Source: Octopus bimaculoides
Taxonomy: Eukaryota
DNA: 39,832 nt
Direction of reading: 5' to 3'
NCBI RefSeq assembly: GCF_001194135.2
Contig: NC_068981.1
Coordinates: 123,051,905 to 123,091,736 of the forward strand
Program-made: the position numbers and the translations under genes
The notes under the pieces: model-generated
What the model was told of the DNA's origin: nothing
What the model saw: the letters and a program-made list of their open reading frames with translations, nothing else
The model's database searches: none
In this document: positions 22,740-36,768 of the stretch, piece by piece
How positions within the stretch are numbered: position 1 is the stretch's first letter
Layout: every line of letters begins with the position of its first letter

Positions 22740-24049
22740 TTTTTGCTTCTTTCTTACTTTCTTTTTCCTTTTTTGTCCCTCCCTCTCCCTCTCTATCTCA
22801 CTCACTCTCGCTTACACATACATTCACCCACATAAACATATACCTAAACCCACCGCCTATTTTAGCCATGTGATTGCTAGGTATATTTTAACATACACAC
22901 ATACACACACACACTACCTCTCTCACTCTTTCTCTCTCACACGCACACACATTCACACACATACAGGCACACCCATGTACTCTCACTCTGTCTCTCTTTC
23001 TCACTCATACACGTATATACACATACAGACACGCACATATACCCACTCGCTCATTGATAATACATATAATATGCAAGGTGAAGAGGAGGTAAAAAAAGAG
23101 ACAAAGTGGGGGTGGGGATTACAGGTGAAGGTTAGACATAACTTAATCTAGGGAAGAGCGAGGGGACGAAACAATAAAAAAGAAAGTGAGATTGATTGGA
23201 TTGAAGAGGAAGTTGAAAGAGTGAACGATAGGAGTTGGAACAGAAGGGAGAAATTAATAAATACTGGAAGAAAAGGAAGAAGAAAGAATGAAAGAAAGAA
23301 AGGTAGAATCGTACATACATATGTACATACATACTCCATACATACATACATACATACATACGTATATACATACACACACACACAGAACCGATTAAAGCAT
23401 GAATGAATGAAAAACGATGAAAGAAACAAGGGAAAGAAAGAAAAAGGAAGCGATAGATGAACGGAAAATTGAAACGGGAGAAGAGAGAGAGATAAGCGTG
23501 GAAAGAAAGGAAGAGAGATACAAAGAAGGAGAGAAAGTGGGAGAGAATGTGAAAGAAAAGAAGGCAGAGAGACATGTTGCATATAGTTTTCAGTTTGAAG
23601 TCGAAATCACAAAGATTGAATGAATGAGAAGGGAGGGGTTCAGAACATGTGTAGGTTGAATAGAGTTTCATGTTTTGTCAGAAAGCACGCAGTTGAAGGA
23701 GAGTTTTGGGTTAGTGAGAATTGAAAGAATATAGAAGGGTGGGTTGAAAATTATAGAGACAAAATAATGGGAGCGAGATAGGAGACAATACAGAAAGAGA
23801 GAAGTAGGTGAGAGAGAAGATAACACAGGATGAGAAATAGAGACGGAAAATATCGGGGCGAGTGTGAAAAGGAAATGTAGAGACATACAGAATTATATAA
23901 ACAATGATAGAAAGAAAATGATAGCTATACAGCGAGAGAGAGAGAGAAAGTGAGACGTAGGCTGAAGCACAGAGAGAAAGAGAGAGAATGAGAGAGAGAG
24001 AGAGAGAGAGAGAAAGAAAGAGAGAGAGAGAGAGAAAGANNNNNNNNNN

Positions 24050-24094
<45 letters not shown>

Positions 24095-24251
24095 GAAGTG
24101 AGAACCCGATAGACTAACGGAGAGACTAATAAAGAAAAATAGGAAGAAAGCGGAAGTTCCAAGGAGAACTATAGAGAGAACAAGAAAATATAAAAGAAAG
24201 AAAGAAACAAACAAACAAACAAACAAACAAACAAACAAACAAAGAAGTAAA

Positions 24252-24295
<44 letters not shown>

Positions 24296-24310
24296 AGGAA
24301 TGAAAAAAGT

Positions 24311-24345
<35 letters not shown>

Positions 24346-24781
24346 AGGAAAGGAAGGAATTAAAAGATACTAGAGACAGACTATATTTGTGGTGGAACGA
24401 GAGACGAAAATATCAGAGAAAAAAATGAGAAAGAGTAGAAATATGAATGGCAGTAGCAAACACATTCTAACGATGAGTGCGATATTGTGAAGGTGAAAAC
24501 AAAAATGTAATATATTAAAAAGTGGAGAAAGAGAATTGCAGATAAGACGAGTTAATACATCTATTTACCATTTAAAATCTAATTTTGTTTGGAAAGATGA
24601 ACAATTTATTCGAGAAATAGTATTCAAATATATTTTCAATAGAAACTTGGATGTTTCGATATCGCTGCGTGTTGTTTTTTTGCATATATGTCTCTTTCTC
24701 TTTTCTCAACAATTTTCTCTCTATATAACTATGTGTTTGTTTATCTATCTGTCTATCTATCTTTCTATCTATCTATCTATC

Positions 24782-24814
<33 letters not shown>

Positions 24815-24833
24815 TTATCTATCTATCTATCTA

Positions 24834-24865
<32 letters not shown>

Positions 24866-24919
24866 TCTATCTATCAGTCTGCCTATCTATCTTTCTATCT
24901 ATCTATCTATCTGTCTATC

Positions 24920-24986
<67 letters not shown>

Positions 24987-25128
24987 TTATCTTTTCCTCT
25001 CTCTTACATTATCTTACATTAGTTTTTATTCTATTTATTTTTTATAGTTCTTTGAATCTCTTTTTTTTTCTTTATCTGTTAAACTATCTCTCTCTCGCTC
25101 TCGCTCTCTCTCTCTCTCTCTATCTCTA

Positions 25129-25166
<38 letters not shown>

Positions 25167-25172
25167 GCTCTC

Positions 25173-25215
<43 letters not shown>

Positions 25216-25620
25216 TTCTCACTTGCCCTCGATCTGTTTTCTATCTTTATATGTCTGTGTTGATACTATTCTCCATTTCTTCTCTCCGCAAACAAACACA
25301 ACCACACAACCACACACACACGCACAAACACACACACACACACACACACACTCACTCACATACACACACTTCTTTGTATTTGTCAGAATTGACTCGCACT
25401 CACAGGTGCATCTCGCTCTCCCTCACAAGCGCACATTCTATCAATTTATCTATCTATTTATTTATCTATCTATTTGTCTGGCTATCTGTTTATTTATCTA
25501 CCTGTCTAGTATCTAGCTAGCTATATATCTGTCTGTGTGTCAGTCTTTATTTCTTTCTGCCTATCTCTCTATGTATCTTTGACTCTATCTATCTATTTAT
25601 CTATCAATCTATTTATCACT
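22740..25620. repeat. ~2.9-kb compound low-complexity block: (CA), (GA), (GAAA), (CAAA), (CTAT), (CT), (TA)
   Basis: Directly visible; explains the LSLS/YLSI ORFs. Confidence 0.9.
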
Positions 25621-26402
25621 TCATAAAACCACTTCCCATTTGTTTCTATCCTACTCTTCATTCCTTTCTTACTTTCACCCTATCCCTATCGTTTCCTCCT
25701 CTCAATTATTCATTCTGCTGCAACATCTCACACTTTCTCTAGTTCTACCTTTCATTGTTATTTCTCTCTTCACATTTTGTACCTGTAGAATATTACACGG
25801 TATCTCTACTTTTCAATCACGTCTCTCCTGTTCATTTTCCCTCTATTTCTATTTCAAAAGTTCTCTCTATCTGATTCTCAGCAATGTCCCTCTTACTTTC
25901 TCCTTATTTATAGGTAGAGAGTGAGACGAATTTTTCTTTTCAATACTAATTAGCTATTTCTTCCCACTTTCCTTCAGAGGTAAACTTAAACTTATATAAG
26001 TTAACACATTCCCTCATTTATACTTACTTATCTTGTTCTAATTCGGTTTGATTTACCTGACTCTTCCTATCTTGTCATTTTGTACTTCATATAATGTGTG
26101 TGTGGGTATGTATATATAAATATACACTCACGCACCAACAATATTTATCTAGCTATTTGTCTGCCTGTCGTTCCCTGTCTCTCTCTTTCTCTCTTTCTCT
26201 CTCTGTATATATGTATATATATGTGTATATATATATATATATATNNNNNNNNNNNNNNNNNNNNNNNNNNNNNNNNNNNNNNNNNNNNNNNNNNNNNNNN
26301 NNNNNNNNNNNNNNNNNNNNNNNNNNNNNNNNNNNNNNNNNNNNNNNNNNNNNNNNNNNNNNNNNNNNNNTATATATATAAATATATACATATATATGTA
26401 TA

Positions 26403-26433
<31 letters not shown>

Positions 26434-28189
26434 GCGTGTGTGTATGTATGTATGTATCCACCACATGACACCTTTCCTCTTTTCTCTTTCTCATGCATTG
26501 CATTGCGATAGCAGCAATATCGGTAGAATTTCGGTAGACTTTTGTGCTTTTGTGTTTTTATTAGATCTAGGAATATTTGCCTTGCAGACTTACCCGTCCC
26601 ATCATGTGCTCAGATACAGTGTATTTAGCACAATTTTCTAAATATATATGCCCTGAAAAGAAGCAAAATAAATAGATGTCGTTGCATTTGCTTGCTTTGA
26701 TGAAGATTTCACTGCTATTTCTAGCAGGTCGATTATAAGTAACAGTGAAATGCCATGACCGAGTTAATAGTGTATTTCTTCTGGCAAAAAGTTTTGATCG
26801 TGTGCCAGTATTAGACCATTATTGTCAAATCTGACATTAAACCCTCAGCGATTCTCTTCTTATCTTCATTTTCTCACATTCAGTATTCTCTCTTCTAATC
26901 TCTCCCTCTCTCTCTCTCTTAATATCTCTATTTATGTATCTCACTCAATGAACAAGTATTGGTACTTACATCATTGTCCTCAACAGGATGTAAGACAAAA
27001 CCGAACGTGGCTGTATTTAAAAATAGAACGCACGTAGAAGTGTTGTGGTAAGGATGAACAGTTAAGACGTTCCTTGGACGCCGGTATATCTGCGAGATGA
27101 CAACGTTTTTCTCAGCAAGTAATTCTTTATTTTACAGCTTAGACAAGAAGAGAACAAGATCGCCTATGACCTTTCATTTATTCATGTTCCTTAACACTAA
27201 ACGTTATCCTCAAACTGAAGTTCTGCATCGAATACTTGTCTGCAACTAAGTGGCCATTACTAAAAGTACACAAGTATCAGAAGGCGCTATTAAACTTGTT
27301 GATATGTGCCAGAGAACACAAATCCTCCAGGTGTAGATCCGTGGTCTCTCGAAACTGACGTGTGTCTACTACTACTACTAGTGTACCAAGCAACAATTCA
27401 AAACGCAATACAACACAATTCGCATCCGACGCTCTACCAATTTTGTCACTCAATCAACCTGGACAAATGCTTCTTTTTTTCCTCGACTACAAAATGATGT
27501 GAGACTGAGTTGAAATCAGTGAATTGAAATTCAGAGCCTAAGAGCCACAGCGAATATCAAAAGTCATTTTTGTCCTACGCTCTAACAGCTTAACTAATAA
27601 GAATTTAAGACACCAAAATATCTTACACTGCAGTATCGGTGCATGTTTCAGAATTATATTGTGGATAAATTACTAGGAGATGAAGTGGCTAATATTTCAT
27701 TTGCGATGTTGTGAAGGAACAGGACGTATTTTATTGGATGAATTACGAGACCATATTGGGAAAATGCTGCAATATGACTATTGTGTTTTTGAGTATGAAC
27801 GGCACTTAATTTCTGTGTGGGATTCAAATTATAGAAACATTTCCCATATGAATTGCACTTTATACTATAAATAAATATTCATATACAAATACTGAAAGAC
27901 ATATGTTGATTCTTGAATTGATGGAAAACCTAAGATTTGGAGGTTGTGTATTGTCGTTTCTGTCGGCACAAATACTTGACTAACACTCTACTTTAAATGA
28001 AGTTTTACTTGTCATTTGTACAGTCAATAGATAGACAGGAAACTTGGAAAAGCAAGGACAAAGAATACGAAGTAAATGTACGGGCACCAATAGCAACTCA
28101 CACAGAAATGAAAAATTAAAGAAAGTTTTCTTAATAAATAAAAATTCACACAACATCCAATTATATTAAACTATGTATACACATATATA

Positions 28190-28700
28190 ATTACATGGAA
28201 AAATGCGAGCATGAAAAGTAATATACTTAAGATTATAAACCTGGAAAAGTACAGGACAAGTTATTACACCTGTAAAAGTATAGGACATGCTATTACTTCT
28301 AGTAAAGTAAAGAATAAGAAAATGTTTTACTTAAAATATTGCAGCAAAGAATGCTAGTTCTAATTTATCTCTCTTTACAGTTCTCATCTTTTAAATTTAT
28401 TGTACAGCTAATTTGTAAGTTTGTCTAATTATTCACTTTTTGCTGCATTTAAGTTAGTAAATTAGCCAACTTTTACTTTAATAAAGTAATTGTGTTATTT
28501 GTAAACTATAATAAACTATGTTTTAATATTCAGATTTTAATTTTAGCTGCAATATTTTAAGTAAAAAGTTTCTTATTCTTTACTTTACATGAAGTAATAG
28601 CTTGTCCTATACTTTTCCAGGTGTAATAACTTGTCCCGTACTTTTCCAGGTTTATAATCTTAAGGATATTATTTTTCATGCTCTCATTTTTCCATGTAAT
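28190..28700. mobile_element. Non-autonomous foldback/MITE-like element with ~155-bp TIRs
   Basis: 28190-28345 and 28546-28700 are reverse complements with about 10 differences by eye, around a 200-bp AT-rich spacer. Each arm has two tandem 29-bp subrepeats (CTGGAAAAGTACAGGACAAGTTATTACAC-like). Confidence 0.85.
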
Positions 28701-29524
28701 CCATGATTTTTCCAGGCATTGCTGTTATAAGAGAATTAATAATGTGTCAATTAATAATTTAAGATTTTACCATATAAAATACTGTAAGAAAATATAAAAA
28801 TTTTTTTTCATGTTTAATTTATATATATGTTGTGATTGAATTATTTGATATTAGCCATCCACACCAAATCAATGGCAGGAATTTTTACCATGTTGTTGGT
28901 TGCACCATGGCTCACCAAATGTTGCAAACAACAAGACCCCAAACCCATCAGTTACCAGGCTCACCTTAAGTAACCTAATTTTGCAATATTAGGAGGTCAC
29001 AGGAATTCATTCAACGAAAAAACGTTCCCAATGATTCCGGGATTGTGGGGAAACCACCCCTCATTTTTTCCGAACCAAAATAAGGAATTTGCAGCATATT
29101 AGGAGGTCAGTGTACTTGATTCCTCTCAAAATATCAATTTTTTTTTTCTTAGTAAAAATTGTGTGGATGTTAATATAGAAATTTACCATAATATTATTAT
29201 TTAGCCTCAAATCAACCCTGATACTGTAGACCTATCATCAAATACATTCCAACATTCAGGAAACTGTCTATTTAGGGATAATGTAGAACATTACATACAA
29301 TGGGCGTGTGATTTATGTAGGGAGATACATTGACTGCTATTTTTAGTGTGTCGAGCGAAGAGGTAGAGGCTCTTTCATTGGTTCAATTGCGTATATATAT
29401 ATATATATATGTAATATGTATATATATCATCGGCAGAAGTTAAATAGTCCTCAAAAGCTGAGAGTTTCGTGTATTGGCAGCTATCAAACAGGAATTTGTC
29501 CGTTGTAACATTGTAACTTCTGAC

Positions 29525-29580
29525 GAAAGGCAAAGTCGACTTCGGCGGAATTGAAATTGACCGACGAAATACCGCTTCCA
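29525..29580 (-). mobile_element. SINE fragment
   Basis: Reverse complement reads GCGGTATTTCGTCGG...AATTCCGCCGAAGTCGACTTTGCCTTTCGTC. Confidence 0.65.
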
Positions 29581-29689
29581 AAATACAAAATTTTCTCCAA
29601 AACCGTAAGAGTAAACACTGTTCTATGTGACATATTCTATCAGCATAGGAAGTTTCAAAGTTCTTAGTTAAAAAAGATACTTAAATAAT

Positions 29690-29820
29690 CTGTACATCAA
29701 ATTGTATAAATCCGAAATGGATAGAAAGCAAGAGCGAAATTTGATCTCAAAACTTAAAGAAAGACGAATACCGCTAAGCATTTCGCCCAGCGCGTTAACG
29801 TTTCTGCCAGCCCGCCGCCG
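29690..29820 (-). mobile_element. SINE 5' portion
   Basis: Reverse complement reads CGGCGGCGGGCTGGCAGAAACGTTAACGCGCTGGGCGAAATGCTTAGCGGTATTCG. Confidence 0.8.
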
Positions 29821-31411
29821 TAGAATGTAAGCATTCATTTTAGAAATATATTCTTTATTCTTATTGCTTGGGCGTCTCTTTTTACTTCCTCACTTACTGA
29901 CATTAAATTTCGGGACATTTTACTTCATAACTCTTTTCTACTAATTTTTTGTTCAATGCAACTAACGATTCTTAATTCCTCATGCATTTTTCTATCATTT
30001 AAGCATAAGAAAAGTATATTTTTATTTTAAAATACAAAAATTTATGTTACTTGAAGATGGATATCTGCCTTATTGCCCACCTTGAAGTCTGACATATTTT
30101 GATGTAACTCTTTTCTACTGAACCAAATCCCAAACTATTTATGCCAAAGTGTAGCAGAGGTGGTGTCCCTTTTAAAACAATTACCAGTTTGCAATTTAGT
30201 TGAGAACTGAATTAGTGGTGAAGCATGGAAGATGCTACGATTTACGATATGGTGGACATAGGAATATATTCAACCACTACTGTGGTTGAATGATTCTGTC
30301 TGTCCTGTTCTCTTTCTTTCTTTCACTCTCTCTTTTTGTTACTATAATGGGCGTTATGTCCGTCTGTCCGTCTCTTTTTCTGTTCCTGCTTCACAGTTAG
30401 ACTGTTGGAGCAATAGTTTTTCGGGATTACAAAGACGGTCGTCAGGAAGGTTTTGAGCAATAAACAATCAGAAAGTATGATTACTTCGTGGATATCGATT
30501 TTTGAATTGATAAATCATCTTCGCATTTTTATTAAAAATTCACTGACCACGAGTAACTCTGGATTTCAGCGTATAGTTTGTGGCCCCATCATAGATATGA
30601 AGGGGGTCAAGAGGACGGTTAATAGCGAAAATAAAATGGAAAAAGTGTGTGTCAGAATATAGTGTGTGATTATTTAGTGGTTATTGAAGAGCGTCAGTCT
30701 CGAGCAGGATTCGAAACGGCTGTTGTTTACATCTCAGTTTTGTTAATCAAAATAACCTATGGTACCAGAATATCCAGGTATTATTCGCATAGAGCAGTGA
30801 GAGGTATGTCTTAGTTTGATTTTTTGCAACCCTAAAGATCACGCTCGTGCATTCGCAGCAATCAAGGCACCGGGTCAGATTTAGATCCGATGTTTACGCA
30901 ATGAGTAGAGCAATGGACGCCAATGTCGACCAAACAGAAAATATCGTCTACAAAGAAGTTCTGTAATCATATTGATATTATCGAAAAAAATATGATTCAT
31001 AATTTAAATAAGGAAATATTTTAACTTGAATGTATAAGAGTATAAACAAGCATTAAATAGTGTAAACAACTAAAATAAAAGTATATCTAAATAACATTTT
31101 TTCTTAATACTTTTTAATGTAGTGATCGAAGAAATCTCTGTCTTTCGTTAGAATTGGTCCACATAACCATTCATGATACAGAGGCTGGAGCCTATTTCAG
31201 TTCGAGAGTGAATCGTCATCACATATCACTTAGTTGCAAACACATGTCACATAGCTGCAATAGAATGCGGTATCACCAACAATAATGTGATATCTCTGAG
31301 ATACCAACCAGTATCTGTCAAGTCCATTTACACATTTCTCAATACATACTACTGTTATGACTTCTTTCCCTCAGGTTATGCCTCCATCGTAGATGGGTAG
31401 ATTTGCTAGTA

Positions 31412-31675
31412 TATATAATTGAAAAAATTTGGAGTCAACAAGTAGTACAGTTGGATATTCAATTTTTAATTACTACAATTGTTTCTACACAACGTAGTAC
31501 ACCAGTTGTGCAGGTACTTGACTACGCAACCATTTTCCTGCATTAGGAGGGAAGTGGTTGCATAATCAAGTACCTACACGCCTGGAGAACTATGTTGCAC
31601 AGAAACAATTGTAGTGATTGCAAATTAAATGTCCAACCGTATTCCTTGTTGATTCCAAATTGTTTCAATTATCTA
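31412..31675. repeat. ~260-bp imperfect palindrome (hairpin MITE-like)
   Basis: Arm AATTGAAAAAATTTGGAGTCAACAAG...GGTACTTGACTACGCAACCA pairs with TGGTTGCATAATCAAGTACC...CTTGTTGATTCCAAATTGTTTCAATT, roughly 80% identity by eye, with a short central loop near 31540. Confidence 0.85.
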
Positions 31676-31813
31676 TTCACACACAAGAGATACCCAAACG
31701 TCAGCATGGAAGTATGTATAATACTACTAATGGATAGCACAGGGTGAAATCTGAAGGTGGATGAGCTTTATACTGTACTCTGCTACGTTCTTAGAATATA
31801 CCATAACTATATA

Positions 31814-31845
<32 letters not shown>

Positions 31846-32484
31846 NNNNNNNNNNNNNNNNNNNNNNNNNNNNNNNNNNNNNNNNNNNNNNNNNNNNNNN
31901 NNNNNNNNNNNNNNNNNNNNNNNNNNNNNNNNNNNNNNNNNNNNNNNNNNNNNNNNNNNNNNNNNNNNNNNNNNNNNNNNNNNNNNNNNNNNNNNNNNNN
32001 NNNNNNNNNNNNNNNNNNNNNNNNNNNNNNNNNNNNNNNNNNNNNNNNNNNNNNNNNNNNNNNNNNNNNNNNNNNNNNNNNNNNNNNNNNNNNNNNNNNN
32101 NNNNNNNNNNNNNNNNNNNNNNNNNNNNNNNNNNNNNNNNNNNNNNNNNNNNNNNNNNNNNNNNNNNNNNNNNNNNNNNNNNNNNNNNNNNNNNNNNNNN
32201 NNNNNNNNNNNNNNNNNNNNNNNNNNNNNNNNNNNNNNNNNNNNNNNNNNNNNNNNNNNNNNNNNNNNNNNNNNNNNNNNNNNNNNNNNNNNNNNNNNNN
32301 NNNNNNNNNNNNNNNNNNNNNNNNNNNNNNNNNNNNNNNNNNNNNNNNNNNNNNNNNNNNNNNNNNNNNNNNNNNNNNNNNNNNNNNNNNNNNNNNNNNN
32401 NNNNNNNNNNNNNNNNNNNNNNNNNNNNNNNNNNNNNNNNNNNNNNNNNNNNNNNNNNNNNNNNNNNNNNNNNNNNNNNNNNNN

Positions 32485-33703
32485 CCGAAAATAATGGCCG
32501 ATTTCAGAAAAATAATTTTATTCTGGAAAAATTAACAATAGAAATGTTTTGATTAGTGAAATTATAAGCCGTTAATTATTACGCCTCGTTAATAAAAATG
32601 TATTGGCTTTGATGCTAAGAAATCTTTGAAAGCTGGTTCCACCTCTGGTTTGGACCTGAAAGTTTTATCAATTAAAAACGAGATAAAATGCTTAATAAAC
32701 GATAGTCAGTGGGTGAAAGATCAAGAGAATATGGAGGATGAGTCTCGTATCCCACGTCTGTGAGTTTCTGCAGTCTCATTCTTGGCATTATCGCGGAGAA
32801 GAATTGGGCCACGCCGATTCACCAATGCAGGTCTCAACTTTTGCAGGTGAGGATGCATTTCAGCGAGTTGATTGCAGTAAACCACTGCTGTAATGCTCTG
32901 ATTGGCTTCCAGAAAGCTGTAATGGACAACACCAATTTCAGGCCACCAGACAGTCACCATAATGTTTTGCTGATGCAACTTTGGCTTTGGAAAATGTTTG
33001 GGGTACTCATCACGATCAAGCCATTGACCTGATCGTTTACGGTTATCATAAAGGATCCACTTTATCATAAAGTGACTATTTTGTGAAGAAAAGAATCATC
33101 GGTGTTTTGCAGAGACAGCATCGAGCACACTTCAAAACGCCGAACGTTTTGATTTTCATTGAGCTCATGCGGTACCCATTTATCGAGCTTTTTCACCTTA
33201 TCAATCTTCTGGAGACCGCGTGAGACAGTTGCAATACCGACACCAAGTGCCTGAGACATTTCTCTGACACTTTGACGCAGGTTTTGTTCAACAATTGTTT
33301 TCAATTGTTCATTGTCAAGACTACATGACCGTCCCCTACCTTCTTTATTTTCAAGGCTCTCCTCCCCACTACGGAAGTTTTGAAACCACCTTCGTACTGT
33401 ACGATTATTTCTGGCCCCCTCTCCCCATGCCCTGTTGATATTTGTAGTAGTTTGGGAGACACTGTGCCCAAGCTTGAACTCATGCAAGAAAAGTAAGCGA
33501 AGGTCCTTTTTTGACATGTTCATAATTAAGGGTGTCTATGCTTGAAGAATGTTTTCTGTCTGAAATAAGTAGAAAATTATTAAAGAGCACACATCAATTA
33601 TTAAGTATATCGAAATTCACCTGAAATATAATGAAAATGCTATGATAAAATTGCCTTTCGAAACAAAACACTTAGCTCGGCCATTATTTTCGGAACAACC
33701 TAC
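32485..33703 (-). mobile_element. Near full-length decayed mariner (cecropia/Hsmar1-like); one TIR clipped by an N-gap
   Basis: Transposase pieces MSKKDLRLLFLHEFKLG...KKLDKWVPHEL...IVT (frameshift) KWILYDNRKR...ILLRDNA...HPPYSLDLSPTDY. TIR TAGGTTGTTCCGAAAATAATGGCCGA at 33702-33677 has a partner CCGAAAATAATGGCCGA at 32485. TA at 33704-33705. Confidence 0.92.
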
Positions 33704-33859
33704 TACCTAGGAAGCCGTCAACTATTTTCTTTTTTATATTTATGCCAAATAGAAACGAATCGCAAATATGGAACAAAATTGACGATATAAAGTATTTTGC
33801 AATGTTCTTCTCCTATGGTATGTCTGAATTGTTGAAACTTTAAGAAATCTGGTTGCATG

Positions 33860-34200
33860 CATGCATCCATCAACATACACATCTTATCTGCCCACTATTT
33901 CGACAAAGAGTTATTAGTATACAAATCCTCAGGTACTTCCTCCATATCAGAAGCAACCGCCATTAGCTTTTCCAGTTGAATTTCCTCACTTGATCAATCT
34001 ACACTGTGAATATTATCCAACCATCACGTTCTTGGTTTATCTCTCAGACTGCTACCGGTTTGCTCGGCTTGTGGGGTCTATATTGTAATTTTTTCCTGCT
34101 ACATTCTTATTAGATGCCATTAGCTGTGACTTTTCAATGTGGAGTAGCGGCGCTGAAATTCAAGTGTATCCGTCATGTGTGTTATGAATAATACAATTGC
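33860..34200 (-). mobile_element. Possible RTE-clade LINE 3' remnant
   Basis: Minus-strand pieces WHLIRM and LEKLMAVASDMEE resemble the GHxxRM and ..A.DR..W motifs of RTE ORF C-termini. Heavily decayed. Confidence 0.3.
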
Positions 34201-34540
34201 TGGAGGTGCAATAGAAGTTTTTGATTGAATCCGTTAGCTGCAAATTTACATACCGATTGAAACAGATAATAATACTGAACAAGAGCGAGGGGTTAATAGA
34301 ATCGTTAAAGATTTTGGTGTTATGTGTTTGTCCCCTCCATATTCTGTATCATCTATTTTAAGAAAAATTATTTGGAAGTTATATTTTTGTTAGACACTTG
34401 TCACCGATACAACCTAAAGAAAGGTGTAAATAATCTTAACTCTTGAAACTAAATCAGATTTAATCAATATTCTACGTCTATGACGTTAAGACCTTAAAGA
34501 TTTTGATGCACATATTGCTTATGTCCGAAACGATTATTAA

Positions 34541-34684
34541 GGGCATTAGATTAGCAGAATCGTTAGCTCATGGTATCAGACGATTAAAAATATATATTTA
34601 TTTTCTTTTTAAGATCTGAATTCAAAACACTTCGATGCTAACTTAGCTTTTATCGCGCTAAGATTTATGAAATAAAATACAAGC
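34541..34684 (+). mobile_element. Decayed SINE
   Basis: TAGCAGAATCGTTAGC...CTGAATTCAAAA...GATGCTAACTTAGCTTTTATC...ATGAAATAAAATAC. Confidence 0.6.
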
Positions 34685-35821
34685 AAAATAGCAGCTTCGC
34701 CCCTTTGACTTTATAACTATGTTAGGAATAACTATTAAATGCAGTATGACTGCACCACTAGAACATCGGTATATTTTCTGAACGAAATTCCTTTACATTC
34801 TGAGTTCAATAACCGCTCAGTTCAATTAATAAAATTAAAGTAATAAAAAACAGTGAAGAGAAACTACTATTTTAGCCATTTTGTTAATGAAATTCATCTA
34901 CGAAAATGAGTGAGATATAAATGACAAATCCACAAACCCGAAGCAATATCAACTCTTTATCTTGTATCAATCAAAATATACTAGAACAAATATTATATTA
35001 AATTTGGCTACAAGAATTATGCGCAGTTCGTCCAATATAAATGCAGGGATCTACACCTCTAAAGTTTTAACGATATACACTTATCCAGATACATTAGCTT
35101 CCATCTTTAAAAGATGGTCAGATACAACGTGTTAATATAACTGATTTGGTGGTAAAGAATACACTTGAATTGAGAATATTACCACATGACTCTAGTTTCA
35201 ATCCTAGGAAGAGCGAAACCTAAAATAATAATTTTCAAACATATACTGATGCTAAACTGGTGGTAGAGAACGAACGAGATTCTACAAAAACATACAATTA
35301 TTCAATGTTTAAAAAGCCACAACCATTAACGATAATAAAATGAGATGCTACATTACACTTGACAAATAAAAAGGTTTACTATGGCATATATTTTAACTGA
35401 ACAAAAGATTCAGTATTAGATATTATAAGAAGACAATACTTCAGAAATACATTTCATTTCAAAGTTTCAGCTCAGAGCTGCGGCCATGCTGATGCAAAGA
35501 TTTAAGTTATACTTCCGGTAGTTTATGAAATAAATTTTATCGAGATGCGTGGAAGATTACACATAACAATTAAATACATTAATTTAATAGGAATTATGAA
35601 TCAAATTTTTGAAACAAATTTCAATAGGAGAACATTTCGAGATCAAATAAATGTGACTTCATTTTTTCAAGCATATAGAAGTGCTTAAATATTCATAATT
35701 AATAGCTATTCAAACATTTAATACAAATGTATCGTTAATAGTATTCATACTGATTACTTATTTCCGCCTGTGTTACGATCAGAATATAGTTATAAAACAA
35801 CATCGATAATACTGCTACCTA

Positions 35822-35927
35822 TGAACAACAATATCACTTACCATATCACTGAACAACAATATCACTTACAATATCACTGAACAACAATATCACTTACAAT
35901 ATCACTGAACAACAATATCACTTACAA
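35822..35927. repeat. 28-bp minisatellite, ~3.8 copies (TGAACAACAATATCACTTACAATATCAC)
   Basis: Head-to-tail copies with one substitution in the first unit and no spacers. Confidence 0.93.
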
Positions 35928-36388
35928 ATCATGAGACCCTGCACATAAGAGAAACCGGTTGGTAGCATATATGAGTATGCATACACATTCATGTATATAT
36001 AACAAAACTGGAATTTGGAAAATTTTCTGGTATTACTTATTCACCGTTACACAAGTTTGACATGTTAGACAAAAATCGAAGAAATTTCGTAAATAATACA
36101 AATTTTATTGCATGTTTGTCTTCAGACTGTCTATTAGAGAATTTCTTATTAGTCTACCTAAGATGTAAAACTCTGTAAATCCTATTAGCAAATAGAAAAA
36201 TTGTTTCGCCTTCCTGTTTTGTTATATATACTGCAGACAGTATTTCCAGGTCCTTCAACTCTAATATTTGCTTTCCGTCAATACAACAACGTCAGCGTTT
36301 ACATACTGGATTGTAATACTGGAATAAGCAGATATCCTTCAACAGCACACAGCTTGGATTTTATCCTACCTGTCTAATGTTTTTATGA

Positions 36389-36427
<39 letters not shown>

Positions 36428-36712
36428 NNNNNNNNNNNNNNNNNNNNNNNNNNNNNNNNNNNNNNNNNNNNNNNNNNNNNNNNNNNNNNNNNNNNNNNNN
36501 NNNNNNNNNNNNNNNNNNNNNNNNNNNNNNNNNNNNNNNNNNNNNNNNNNNNNNNNNNNNNNNNNNNNNNNNNNNNNNNNNNNNNNNNNNNNNNNNNNNN
36601 NNNNNNNNNNNNNNNNNNNNNNNNNNNNNNNNNNNNNNNNNNNNNNNNNNNNNNNNNNNNNNNNNNNNNNNNNNNNNNNNNNNNNNNNNNNNNNNNNNNN
36701 NNNNNNNNNNNN

Positions 36713-36768
<56 letters not shown>

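Noticed and set aside
22705-26511. ORFs up to 326 aa rich in LSLS/YLSI/THTH
   Set aside because: They are translations of (CT), (CTAT) and (CA) microsatellites.
30690-30965. Inr-like TCAGT, donor GAG|GTATGT and short ORF MSRAMDANVDQTENIVYKEVL
   Set aside because: No properly spaced TATA, no splice continuation and no recognisable protein.
35822-35927. CRISPR-like 28-bp repeat
   Set aside because: The units are contiguous with no unique spacers, and the context is eukaryotic.
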